Source: Thermoguttaceae bacterium (GTDB lineage Bacteria; Planctomycetota; Planctomycetia; Pirellulales; Thermoguttaceae). Taken from it: 45,649 nucleotides of DNA. The stretch spans positions 1-45,649 of the forward strand of contig JAZQAP010000242.1 in assembly GCA_045545275.1 (NCBI GenBank), read 5' to 3'. The position numbers and the translations under genes were made by a program. Below, in pieces: positions 27,827 to 36,870 of the stretch. The notes under the pieces were generated by a model, which was given only the letters and a program-made list of their open reading frames with translations, did not search any database and had not been told where the DNA came from. Every line of letters begins with the position of its first letter. Positions within the stretch are counted from its first letter, which is position 1.

Positions 27827-29698
27827 TTAGAGCGAAAGGAGATACTCGGTCAACTCGTCGACTTCCTCCTCCGTCAGCGAACCGACGTCGCCTTTAACGT
27901 CGCCGTGCATGCCGTCGAGGAAGACGTCGCGCAGATCGACGTAACGTCCGTCGTGCATATAAGGCGGAGTGCGCCAAACTTCGAGGAGCGTCGGGGTGTC
28001 GAACTCGGCCTTATGGTCGTATTCGGCGCGCGACCCGACGTCGTGCATCTTTTGGTCGGTGAAGTATTCGCCGGTGTGGCATTCCGCGCAGTTGAGGCGG
28101 TCGCTTTCGAAGAGCGCTTTGCCGCGGAGGGCTTTTTCGCTCAGCTTGCCGTCGACGAGACGCGGGCTCGGGATGGCTTTAAGCGATTTGAGGTATTCCT
28201 CGATGTCGGTATACGTTTCTTCCGGCGGATTCGAGAACGAGATGTATTTGAACCCGGTGCGAATCGCGGTTTCCGCTTTGTCGCGGACGCCGTGCCACAT
28301 CGCCGGCGGAAGTTGGATCGAGTGAAGCATCCCTTTGGCGTTTTTCGGGTTGCCCATGCCGTCGTTGAGGAGGTCCCAGTTCAGCGCGTCGGAGCGGGCT
28401 TCCGGGTGGCAGCTGGCGCAACTTTGCCACGTTTGGAAGCAGAGCGTCGCGTCGTTCCACGCGAGTTCGCCGCGACGGGCCGCGTCCATTTCCGGAGTCG
28501 GGCCGAGTTTGACGAATTCTTTAGGACGCATCGTGCGGGCCTTCATGTTGACGACCACGATGTTGTCGGTGTAGTACATGCCGAGATACGCTTTTTCGCC
28601 GATGACCGCGAGGCAACGGGGCGCCTTCGCTTTCAGTTGACGCGAAAACAGCTTGACGCGCTTTTTCAGCCCGACGAGGAACGCCAAGTGTTGCGGAACT
28701 TGGTCGGCGGTCGTCGCGTTCGACGGGAGCCCTTTTTCTTTAGCTTCGTCGGCGTCTTTCGGGAGCGATCGCAATTTTTCAAGCGTTTTCGTCCAGTCGA
28801 CGACGCAAAGTTCGTGCGAACCGGCCAACCCGACGCAAACTTTCGCGCCGTCGGCGGTCGTCGCGATCGGCCACGGGTTCGCGGCGCCGGAGTCGACGTC
28901 GTCGAGGAGAACGGTGTTGACAAACTCGCGCTTTTCGGCGTCGATAATACTAAAGCCGTTCGTGTTCATCCAACCGCGTTCGACTTGCGTCGTCGGGAGT
29001 TGGTAGCGGGCCAAGATCGCGGTCGTGTAGACGTATTTTCCGTCCGGCGAAATGCAAATGTGGTGCATCGACGAGCTGCCGTTCGGGAGGCGAATGTTTT
29101 TCGTTTCGCCGGTCGCCGTGTCGAGCGAGGTAACTTCGGCGGCGACGTTCGCGCCGTCGGACGGGTCGTTCGGCAGGAAGTTCGCGGCGAAGTACGTTTT
29201 GCCGTCCGGGGTAACGACCGCGTCGCACGGTTCGTGCAGGGCCGGGTACGTCGCTTCGACGGCGAAGCTCGGGAGGGAAATTTTCGCGAGTTTCGCTTCG
29301 AAACGCAGACACGCGTACATCGTTTTTTCGTCCGGCGAGAGGCAGAGCCCGCACGGCGTGTGCCCGACGACGCCTTCGCCGAGAACGTTTCCGGTCGCGA
29401 GATCGAGCGCGCAGATTTTCCCTCGGTAGTCGCCGAGGCCGAGGTAAACCGTTTTTTCGTCGGCGCTTAAACACATGTCGTTCGGGTCGCCCGGAACCGG
29501 AATCGAGCGTTCGACTTTCGCGTCGGCGACCGAAACGACGGCGATTTCGCGGGCGTCCTTATTCAAGACGTAAAGGGTCGAGCCGTCTTTCGTCGGGATC
29601 ATCTCGATAGGGCCTTTGTACTCGGCCGCCGAGGCGACCGCGCCGACGAACGCGAAGAGCGCCGTCGCGAGCGACAATACAAAATTTCGTTTCGACAT
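27827..29698 (-). CDS. Secreted YVTN-type beta-propeller fused to dihaem cytochrome c peroxidase (CCP/MauG family) domain
   Basis: The product has a signal peptide (FVLSLATALFAFVGAVASAAE). Repeated propeller blades are visible (DGSTLYVLNKDAREIAVV, ADEKTVYLGL, PDEKTMYACL, PDGKTYFAANF, PDGKYVYTTA). The C-terminal domain has the two haem motifs CASCH and CAECH and a CCP-like context (WNDATLCFQTWQSCASCHPE...DTPTLLEVWRTPPYMHDG). Confidence 0.88.
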   Translation of the reverse strand: MSKRNFVLSLATALFAFVGAVASAAEYKGPIEMIPTKDGSTLYVLNKDAREIAVVSVADAKVERSIPVPGDPNDMCLSADEKTVYLGLGDYRGKICALDLATGNVLGEGVVGHTPCGLCLSPDEKTMYACLRFEAKLAKISLPSFAVEATYPALHEPCDAVVTPDGKTYFAANFLPNDPSDGANVAAEVTSLDTATGETKNIRLPNGSSSMHHICISPDGKYVYTTAILARYQLPTTQVERGWMNTNGFSIIDAEKREFVNTVLLDDVDSGAANPWPIATTADGAKVCVGLAGSHELCVVDWTKTLEKLRSLPKDADEAKEKGLPSNATTADQVPQHLAFLVGLKKRVKLFSRQLKAKAPRCLAVIGEKAYLGMYYTDNIVVVNMKARTMRPKEFVKLGPTPEMDAARRGELAWNDATLCFQTWQSCASCHPEARSDALNWDLLNDGMGNPKNAKGMLHSIQLPPAMWHGVRDKAETAIRTGFKYISFSNPPEETYTDIEEYLKSLKAIPSPRLVDGKLSEKALRGKALFESDRLNCAECHTGEYFTDQKMHDVGSRAEYDHKAEFDTPTLLEVWRTPPYMHDGRYVDLRDVFLDGMHGDVKGDVGSLTEEEVDELTEYLLSL

Positions 29699-29700
29699 AA

Positions 29701-29892
29701 CTAACTTTCCGTTAAAAAATCGATAAATTGTTCGAACAATTTTTTATCGTAGGGACGGCGGCGGTCGGCGACGCGATTCCAAAAGGCAACGAGAACGCGC
29801 CGCGACGCAAAAGCGCCGCGAACGTCTTTATTATGACGCTTGCCGACGCGTTTTTCAAGCTCTTTCTTCCTGTTTCGCGCAATTTTTTCCAT
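29701..29892 (-). CDS. Possible small basic protein (63 aa) translationally coupled to the peroxidase gene
   Basis: The ATG at 29892 is preceded by aggaaaa. The stop (29701-29703) lies 2 nt before the downstream ATG at 29698. Codon usage resembles the host genes. I recognise no family, so it could be non-coding leader sequence. Confidence 0.3.
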   Translation of the reverse strand: MEKIARNRKKELEKRVGKRHNKDVRGAFASRRVLVAFWNRVADRRRPYDKKLFEQFIDFLTES

Positions 29893-30095
29893 TTTTCCTA
29901 AAACTGTGCGCGAAATCGCTTCCAACGGGCGTCGCGAAGGAGGCGACGAGTAAGGAAGAGTCGAAAATTAGTTTCTTCTAATGTTAAAATAGGCAAGCGT
30001 TAGCCTTGGCTAAAAATCGCTTCTTATCGTTGCGACGCGTCGTTGAAACGAGGCGGAAATTTGTCTTTCGGCAACGTCGACGCGGAAGGGAAAAG

Positions 30096-30124
30096 TTGGG
30101 CGGTTTAAAAAAGATGGGTAAAAT
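30096..30124 (+). promoter_or_regulatory. Possible sigma70-type promoter far upstream of nqrA
   Basis: The plus strand reads TTGGGC-17 nt-TAAAAT. It lies about 365 nt upstream of the nqrA ATG. Confidence 0.3.
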
Positions 30125-30292
30125 AGAAGTTTTGCGGCGGCGTCGAAAATGGAAAAAAAAGCGCGAAACGGCAAAAGTTTACGGGAGGCCTGCTGGACAA
30201 GCCGGAAATATCGTTTAAACTTAAGGGGATAAACGGCAAGTTTCGGACGCTCGATTCCCCAAACGGTTTCGCGAGTCGTTTGGTCGAGTTTG

Positions 30293-30331
30293 CGCCGACT
30301 TGCCCGATTCGTCGTCGACCGTCGGCGTTTT
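30293..30331 (+). terminator. Terminator-like hairpin inside the nqr upstream region (attenuator or small-RNA end?)
   Basis: A 7-bp stem, cgccgac (30293-30299) pairing with gtcggcg (30321-30327), encloses a 21-nt loop. It is followed by TTTTccgtgTTTT. Confidence 0.3.
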
Positions 30332-30488
30332 CCGTGTTTTCGGTCGAGTCGTCCGCTTTTATTACGTTTGCGTCTTTGATTTTTAAGCGTCGGCCTTCGC
30401 GGCGGCGCGTTGCGACCGCGGCGGCGAAACGGCGAAATCGTTCGAGGAATTTTCTTCCCAAATCATAGAGGAAAGGCGTCGCAAGCCG

Positions 30489-31871
30489 ATGAAATACGTC
30501 AAAATAACCAAAGGGCTCGACCTGCAATTGGCCGGAACGCCGGACCAAACGAGCGCGCCCGAAAAGAAAAGCGTCAAGCGCGTCGCGGTAACGGGGCCCG
30601 ATTACGTCGGGATGAAGCCGACGATTCTCGTCGAAGTCGGCGAAAAAGTTTTGCTCGGTCAACCGCTTTTTGAGGATAAAAAGAACCCGGGCGTCAAGTT
30701 CGTCGCTCCGGCGGCGGGCGTCGTCGCGTCGATCAATCGCGGCGAAAAACGCGCTTTCCGTTCGATTATTATCGACGTCGCGGAAGGGGAAGCGGCGCAA
30801 GAGTCGGGCGCGTTCGAGAAGTTCGACGCGAACTCTTTGACCGAGCTTTGCCCGACGAAAGTTCGCGAAACGCTCGTCAAATCCGGGCTTTGGACGGCGC
30901 TCCGAACGCGTCCGTTCAGCCGCGTCCCGAAAATCGACGCGATTCCGGCGGCGCTTTTCGTCAACGTTTGCGACACCAACCCGCACGCGCCGAATCCGCA
31001 GTCGATCGTCGAAGCGGCGAGCGAAGATTTCGTCAACGGTTTGCGCGTTTTGAGCCGAATTTGCGGGAAAAAACTTTGGGTCTGCTTCGGCGACGCGAAA
31101 TATTCCGCCGACTTTATCGCCGCCGTCGAAGCGGTTCCGAACGTCGAAGCGGTTTCGTTTTCCGGCCCGCACCCGTCCGGCTTGACCGGGACGCATATCG
31201 CGACGCTCGACCCCTGCGGTCTCGGGAAAGTCGTTTGGTCGATCGGTTATCAAGACGCGATCGCGGTCGGCGCGCTCTTCGTCAAGGGAACGCTTCCAAC
31301 GGAACGCGTCGTTTCGTTGGCCGGGCCGACGGTCAAGAATCCGCGTTTGCTCCGCGTTCCGGTCGGCGCTTGCCTCGACGAAATCGTCGACGGCGAGCTG
31401 AAAGACGGCCCGAACCGCGTTATTAGCGGAAGCGTCCTTTGCGGGCGCGCCGCCGAGGGCGACCTTTGCGGTTTGGGGCGTTACGTCAACCAAATTTCCG
31501 CGATCGGCGACGGCGACCCGCGCGAGTTCTTCGGTTGGGCGCTCCCCGGTTTCAAAAAATTCTCGGCGGCCCGCACCGTCGCGTCGAAATGGCTGGCGAA
31601 AACGCCGTTCGCGCCGACGACGGCGGAACACGGCGGCAAACGCGCCGTCTTCCCGAACCCGACGTTCTACAAAGTCTCGCCGCTCGACCTCGAACCGACG
31701 TTCCTCTTCAAAGCGTTGGAAATCGGCGACTTGGAAAAATGCGAAAAACTCGGCGCGTTCGAACTCGACGAAGAAGACCTCGCGCTTTTCACGCTCGTCG
31801 ACTTCGGGAAAAACGACTACGGCCAAACGCTCCGCGCGCTCCTGAACGCGGCGATGAAAGAGGAGGAATAA
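30489..31871 (+). CDS. nqrA: Na+-translocating NADH:quinone oxidoreductase subunit A
   Basis: The 460-aa product has an NqrA-type N-terminus (MKYVKITKGLDLQLAGTP). It is the first of six tightly spaced co-directional nqr genes. Confidence 0.92.
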   Translation: MKYVKITKGLDLQLAGTPDQTSAPEKKSVKRVAVTGPDYVGMKPTILVEVGEKVLLGQPLFEDKKNPGVKFVAPAAGVVASINRGEKRAFRSIIIDVAEGEAAQESGAFEKFDANSLTELCPTKVRETLVKSGLWTALRTRPFSRVPKIDAIPAALFVNVCDTNPHAPNPQSIVEAASEDFVNGLRVLSRICGKKLWVCFGDAKYSADFIAAVEAVPNVEAVSFSGPHPSGLTGTHIATLDPCGLGKVVWSIGYQDAIAVGALFVKGTLPTERVVSLAGPTVKNPRLLRVPVGACLDEIVDGELKDGPNRVISGSVLCGRAAEGDLCGLGRYVNQISAIGDGDPREFFGWALPGFKKFSAARTVASKWLAKTPFAPTTAEHGGKRAVFPNPTFYKVSPLDLEPTFLFKALEIGDLEKCEKLGAFELDEEDLALFTLVDFGKNDYGQTLRALLNAAMKEEE

Positions 31872-31872
31872 G

Positions 31873-33105
31873 ATGAAATTTGTCAGAAAAGCGCTCGACG
31901 CGACCGAAAAGCGGTTTTTCGCGCCCGGAAAACCGTTCGCGTTCCTTTACCCGCTCTACGACGCCGCGGACACCTTCTTCTTCACGCCGAATGCGAAAAC
32001 GTCCGGGACGTGCGCCGTTCGCGACTGCGTCGACTTCAAGCGAATGATGATTACGGTCGTTTTGGCGTTGCTTCCTTGCGCGCTGACGGGGATGTACAAC
32101 GTCGGTTTGCAAGCGAACCGCTTGATGGAAGCCGGCGCGACCGCTCCGACCGACTGGCACGGCGCGATTTTGAACTGGATCAACGGTTTTTATCCGGCGA
32201 TTTTCGAACCGTCGAGCGTTATCGGCTGCTTCCTTTACGGGCTCGTTTACTTCCTGCCGATTTACGTCGTTACGATGATCGTCGGGCTCGGCTGGGAAAT
32301 TCTTTTCGCGGCGATTAACAAACACGAAGTCAACGAAGGTTTCTTCGTTACCGGCTTTTTGTTCCCGTTGATCGTTCCGGCGACGATTCCGCTTTGGCAG
32401 GTCGCGCTCGCGATTTCGTTCGGCGTCGTGATCGGGAAAGAAATCTTCGGCGGCACCGGTCGCAACTTCATGAACCCGGCGCTTGTCGCTCGCGCTTTCC
32501 TCTTCTTCGCTTACGCCGGTCAAATTAGCGGCGACAAGGTTTGGACGGCGGTCGACGGCGTTTCGAAGGCGACCCCGCTTTCTTACGCTTCGCAGGGCGT
32601 CGACGCGCTGACGAACGCCGGTTACACGCAAGCGAGCGCGTTCTTCGGAACGATTCCCGGTTCGCTCGGCGAAACGTCGACGCTGGCCTGCTTGATCGGC
32701 GCGGCGATTCTGCTCCTGACCGGCGTCGCGTCTTGGCGCATTATGGCGTCGATGTTCGTCGGCGGAATGGGCTTGGCGGCGCTCTTCGCCGGTTGCCCGT
32801 CGATTACCGAAGCGTTCCCGGCGGCGACGCTCGGCCCCTGCTGGCACTTCGTCCTCGGCGGTTTCGCGTTCGGGATGGTCTTTATGGCGACCGACCCGGT
32901 TACCGCGGCGGCGACGAAAGTCGGACAATATATTTACGGCTTCCTGATGGGCGCGTTGGTGATCGTCGTTCGCGCGATGAACCCGGCGTATCCGGAAGGC
33001 GTTATGTTGGTGATTCTCTTCGGGAACTGCGTCGCTCCGTTGATCGACTATACGGTCGTCAACGCGAACATTCGCCGCCGCGTTAAGCGACTCGAAGCGC
33101 GGTAA
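31873..33105 (+). CDS. nqrB: Na+-translocating NADH:quinone oxidoreductase subunit B
   Basis: The gene starts 1 nt after the nqrA stop. The product is a polytopic NqrB/RnfD-family protein (SLGETSTLACLIGAAILL, FMATDPVT). Confidence 0.93.
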   Translation: MKFVRKALDATEKRFFAPGKPFAFLYPLYDAADTFFFTPNAKTSGTCAVRDCVDFKRMMITVVLALLPCALTGMYNVGLQANRLMEAGATAPTDWHGAILNWINGFYPAIFEPSSVIGCFLYGLVYFLPIYVVTMIVGLGWEILFAAINKHEVNEGFFVTGFLFPLIVPATIPLWQVALAISFGVVIGKEIFGGTGRNFMNPALVARAFLFFAYAGQISGDKVWTAVDGVSKATPLSYASQGVDALTNAGYTQASAFFGTIPGSLGETSTLACLIGAAILLLTGVASWRIMASMFVGGMGLAALFAGCPSITEAFPAATLGPCWHFVLGGFAFGMVFMATDPVTAAATKVGQYIYGFLMGALVIVVRAMNPAYPEGVMLVILFGNCVAPLIDYTVVNANIRRRVKRLEAR

Positions 33106-33125
33106 GGATTGCGAGGAAAGGAACA

Positions 33126-33923
33126 ATGAACAACGAATCGATTTTTAAAACGTTTGGCGTCGCGACGGGCGTTTGCGTCGTCTGCGCGATTATCGTTTCC
33201 TTTTCGAGCGTCGCGCTCAAAGGGTTGCAAGATCAAAACAAACTTCTCGACAAACAAGTCAACGTCCTGAAAGCGGCGGGCCTCGTTCCGACCGACGGCA
33301 AGGCGACGAAAGCGGAAGTCGCCGAAATGTTCAAAACGGCGGAAATCGTCGTCGTCGACTTGGCGACCGGCGCGGTCGTCGCGGACGCCGATCCGAACAA
33401 AGTCGAGAGCGACAAAACGAACGTCGTCGCGCTGACGCCGGAACAAGACGTCGCGAAAATCAAAACGGCGCCGAAACAAGCGGTTGTTTACCGCTTCAAC
33501 GACGAAACCGGCGCGCTGAAAACGCTCGTTCTCCCGATTAGCGGAACCGGGCTTTGGTCGCGCATGAACGGTTTCCTGTCGCTGAACGCCGACTTGACGA
33601 CGGTCGCGGGGCTCGTTTTTTACGATCAAGGCGAAACCCCGGGCCTCGGCGGCGAAATTTCGAACCCGGTTTGGACGGCGAAATGGAACGGCAAAACGGC
33701 GGTCGACGAAACCGGCGCGCCGGTCGTTAAGGTCGTGAAGGGGTACGCCGCGGGCGAAACCGAAGTCGACGGCATTTCCGGCGCGACGCTCACCTGCAAC
33801 GGCGTCAACGGCACGATCGACTTTTGGCTCGGCCCGAACGGTTACGGCCCGTATTTGAAGACGTTGCGCGGCGCCGCTCCGGCGACCGAAGCGGCGGAAA
33901 CGACCGAAACGAGCGAAAACTGA
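33126..33923 (+). CDS. nqrC: Na+-translocating NADH:quinone oxidoreductase subunit C
   Basis: The product has a single N-terminal TM helix and the FMN-attachment motif ISGATLT. The PGLGGEI region is typical of NqrC/RnfG. Confidence 0.92.
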   Translation: MNNESIFKTFGVATGVCVVCAIIVSFSSVALKGLQDQNKLLDKQVNVLKAAGLVPTDGKATKAEVAEMFKTAEIVVVDLATGAVVADADPNKVESDKTNVVALTPEQDVAKIKTAPKQAVVYRFNDETGALKTLVLPISGTGLWSRMNGFLSLNADLTTVAGLVFYDQGETPGLGGEISNPVWTAKWNGKTAVDETGAPVVKVVKGYAAGETEVDGISGATLTCNGVNGTIDFWLGPNGYGPYLKTLRGAAPATEAAETTETSEN

Positions 33924-33939
33924 AAGGACTGGTGAAAAG

Positions 33940-34563
33940 ATGAATTCGACGGTGAAAGAAAATATTATCCAACCGTTGTTTAAGAACAACCCGGTTTTCG
34001 TTCAACTTCTCGGGATTTGCTCCGCGTTGGCCGTTACGACGAGCCTGAAAAACGCGTTCACGATGACGCTGGCGGTCGTTTTTGTTACGGCGTTTTCGAA
34101 CCTTGGGGTTTCGCTGATTCGCAAGATCATTCCGGGTTCGATTCGTATGATCGTTGAAATGGCGATCATCGCGACGCTCGTGATTTTGGTCGACCAAATT
34201 TTGAAGGCGTTTTCCTACGACTTGAGCAAGCAACTGTCGGTTTACGTCGGGCTCATCATCACGAACTGCATCGTGATGGGGCGCGCGGAAGCGTTCGCGA
34301 TCAAGAACGGCCCGGCGGTCAGCCTCCTCGACGGGATTGGGAACGGTCTCGGTTACGGCGTCGTGTTGATGATCGTCGCGTTTTTCCGCGAGCTGTTCGG
34401 CTTCGGCACGCTCTTCGGTTTTACGGTTTTGAAGACGGTTAACAACGGCGGTTGGTACGTTCCGAACGGCTTGATGGTGCTGGCTCCGGCGGCGTTTTTC
34501 CTGATCGGCGGCATTATCTGGGTTCTCAAAACTTACGGCAAGGGGATGCAAGACGACGAATGA
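33940..34563 (+). CDS. nqrD: Na+-translocating NADH:quinone oxidoreductase subunit D
   Basis: The 207-aa product is an NqrD/RnfE-family membrane protein ([17 protein letters not shown]...[17 protein letters not shown]). Confidence 0.93.
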   Translation: MNSTVKENIIQPLFKNNPVFVQLLGICSALAVTTSLKNAFTMTLAVVFVTAFSNLGVSLIRKIIPGSIRMIVEMAIIATLVILVDQILKAFSYDLSKQLSVYVGLIITNCIVMGRAEAFAIKNGPAVSLLDGIGNGLGYGVVLMIVAFFRELFGFGTLFGFTVLKTVNNGGWYVPNGLMVLAPAAFFLIGGIIWVLKTYGKGMQDDE

Positions 34564-34652
34564 GCCGAAGCGCGGTTCGCCGTTTGAGCGTTCGACGTTT
34601 CGAGCGTTTCGGCGGCGCCGTTTAGCGGTTCTTTCGCAAAGGAAGATTAACG

Positions 34653-35264
34653 ATGGAACACGTTTTTACGATGTTTATGGAAGGTGTCTTCACGCAAAAC
34701 CTTGCGTTGTCGCTCTTCTTAGGTATGTGCACGTTTTTCGCGGTGTCGAAGAAAGTCGGCGCGGCGTTTGGGTTGGGGATCGCGGTAACGGTCGTTCAAG
34801 CGATCACGCTCCCGGTCAACAACCTCCTTTACAATTATGTGTTGCGCGAAGGCGCGTTGGCGTGGACGGGCGTTCCGGCCCTCGCTTCGCTCGACTTGAG
34901 CTTTTTGGCGTTCATCACGTTCATCGGCGTGATCGCGGCGATCGTTCAGATTTTGGAAATGACGCTCGACCGTTTCTTCCCGCCGCTTTACAACGCGCTC
35001 GGGATTTTCCTTCCGTTGATCACGGTCAACTGCGCGATTATGGGCGGTTCGCTCTTTATGCAACAGCGCGACTACAACTTTGCGGACAGCTGCCTTTACG
35101 GGCTTTTCTCCGGTATCGGTTGGGCGTTGGCGATCGTTATTTTCGCGGGGATTCGCGAAAAGATGGAATACTGCCATGTTCCGAAGGGGCTGCGCGGTTT
35201 GGGAATCGCGTTTATGGCCGCCGGATTGCTGGCGACGGCGTTTATGACGTTTTCCGGGATGTGA
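34653..35264 (+). CDS. nqrE: Na+-translocating NADH:quinone oxidoreductase subunit E
   Basis: The 203-aa product is an NqrE/RnfA-family membrane protein ([17 protein letters not shown]...[13 protein letters not shown]). Confidence 0.93.
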   Translation: MEHVFTMFMEGVFTQNLALSLFLGMCTFFAVSKKVGAAFGLGIAVTVVQAITLPVNNLLYNYVLREGALAWTGVPALASLDLSFLAFITFIGVIAAIVQILEMTLDRFFPPLYNALGIFLPLITVNCAIMGGSLFMQQRDYNFADSCLYGLFSGIGWALAIVIFAGIREKMEYCHVPKGLRGLGIAFMAAGLLATAFMTFSGM

Positions 35265-35283
35265 GCCGAAGGAGAGTTAAGCA

Positions 35284-36543
35284 ATGAGCAGCGTTGGAAT
35301 TATTATCGCGGGCGTCGTCGCGTTTACGGCGATCGTTCTCGCGTTGGTGGCGATCATTCTTTCCGCGAAGTCGGTTCTTTCGCCCGGCGGCTCGGTGCAA
35401 ATCGAGATTAACGGCGACGCGTCGAAGACGTTGACGGTTCCGTCCGGCGGCAAACTCCTCGGCACGTTGGCCGACTGCAAAATTTTCGTTCCGGCGGCTT
35501 GCGGGGGCGGCGGTTCCTGCGGTCAGTGCAAGGTGCGCGTCCTTTCGGGCGGCGGCGAAATCCTTGCGACCGAAAAAGCGCACATGACGCGCAAGGAAAT
35601 CAAAGAAGGCGTCCGCTTGGCCTGCCAAACGCCGGTCAAACAAGATATGAAGATCGAAATTCCGCCGGAAATTTTCGAAGTCAAAAAGTGGGAGTGCGTC
35701 GTTCGTTCGAACGAACTCGTCGCGCCGGACATTACGGAGCTTATCCTCGACCTTCCGGAGGGCGAAGTCGTCGACTTCAAAGCCGGCGGTTACATTCAAA
35801 TTGAGCGACCGGGCGGCCTGACGATTAATTACAAGACGGACTTCAACATTCCGGAGCGGTATCACGCGCACTGGGATCGAGCGAAACTTTGGGACTTGGT
35901 CAGCGAAGATATCGGCCCGGTAACGCGCGCCTACTCGATGGCGAACTATCCGGGCGAAAAAGGGATCATTATGCTGGACGTTCGTCTGGCGATTCCGCCG
36001 GCGGAGAAGCCGGGCATGCCGCCGTTCCCTGGGATCCCGACCGGGCAAATGTCGTCGTATCTTTTCAGCCTGAAACCGGGCGACAAGGTAACCGTCAGCG
36101 GCCCTTACGGCGAATTTTTCGTCCGCGACACGCCGAACGAAAAGATTTACATCGGGCGCGGCGCCGGGATGGCTCCGCTTCGTTCGCACCTTTTCGAGAT
36201 GCTCGAAGGTTTGCATCGCGGCGAAAAAATCTCGTATTGGTACAACGCGCGTTCGTTGGCCGAAGCGTTTTACCTCGACGACTTCAAGCGGCTGGAAGAA
36301 AAGTACCCGAACTTCTCGTTCCACTTGGCGCTGTCGCGTCCGCGACCGGAGGACAATTGGACGGGCCTGACCGGCTACATTTACAAGGTCTTGTACGAAA
36401 ACTACTTGAAAGACCACAAAGCGCCGGAAGACTGCGAATATTTCCTCTGCGGCCCGCCGGTGATGACCGACTCCGTGTTGGATTTGCTCGATTCCCTCGG
36501 CGTCGAGCGCGAAAGCATTTTCTTCGACGACTTCGGCGAATGA
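35284..36543 (+). CDS. nqrF: Na+-translocating NADH:quinone oxidoreductase subunit F
   Basis: The product has an N-terminal TM helix and a plant-type 2Fe-2S motif ([13 protein letters not shown]...LACQ). FAD and NADH motifs are RAYSMANYP and [12 protein letters not shown]. Confidence 0.95.
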   Translation: MSSVGIIIAGVVAFTAIVLALVAIILSAKSVLSPGGSVQIEINGDASKTLTVPSGGKLLGTLADCKIFVPAACGGGGSCGQCKVRVLSGGGEILATEKAHMTRKEIKEGVRLACQTPVKQDMKIEIPPEIFEVKKWECVVRSNELVAPDITELILDLPEGEVVDFKAGGYIQIERPGGLTINYKTDFNIPERYHAHWDRAKLWDLVSEDIGPVTRAYSMANYPGEKGIIMLDVRLAIPPAEKPGMPPFPGIPTGQMSSYLFSLKPGDKVTVSGPYGEFFVRDTPNEKIYIGRGAGMAPLRSHLFEMLEGLHRGEKISYWYNARSLAEAFYLDDFKRLEEKYPNFSFHLALSRPRPEDNWTGLTGYIYKVLYENYLKDHKAPEDCEYFLCGPPVMTDSVLDLLDSLGVERESIFFDDFGE

Positions 36544-36587
36544 TTTCGGCGTCGAGCGCGAAGGCGTCTTCTTCGACGACTTCGGCG
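36497..36587 (+). repeat. Tandem duplication of the last 42 nt of the nqrF coding region
   Basis: Copy 1 (36497-36538) is tcggcgtcgagcgcgaaagcattttcttcgacgacttcggcg and lies inside nqrF. Copy 2 (36546-36587) is tcggcgtcgagcgcgaaggcgtcttcttcgacgacttcggcg and lies just after the stop. The offset is 49 nt, there are 3 mismatches, and copy 2 is out of frame. Confidence 0.85.
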
Positions 36588-36711
36588 CGCGACGCGTTAA
36601 CGTCGACGCGTTAAGTCGACCGAACGAACAAGGCGGCGCGTTTCCGTTCTTTTTAGAGCGGAGGCGAGCCGTTTTTCGTTTCTTGGCGTTGAAAATTTTC
36701 CCGTTTTTTCG

Positions 36712-36740
36712 TTGCCGCTCGTAAAAAAAACGCGTATAAT
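36712..36740 (+). promoter_or_regulatory. Sigma70-type promoter of the zinc-ribbon gene
   Basis: The plus strand reads TTGCCG (36712-36717), a 17-nt spacer, then TATAAT (36735-36740). It lies about 130 nt upstream of the ATG at 36871. Confidence 0.5.
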
Positions 36741-36870
36741 AGGAAGGCGACGGTTCGCGTCGCTAAAATTTTTTCGGCGTTTTTTATTGCTTAACTTGCG
36801 GCGAAACCGTTGCGCGAACGCGTTGCGAACGACGCGAGTCGGGCTCTTTCGGATTGAGGAGGACAAAACA

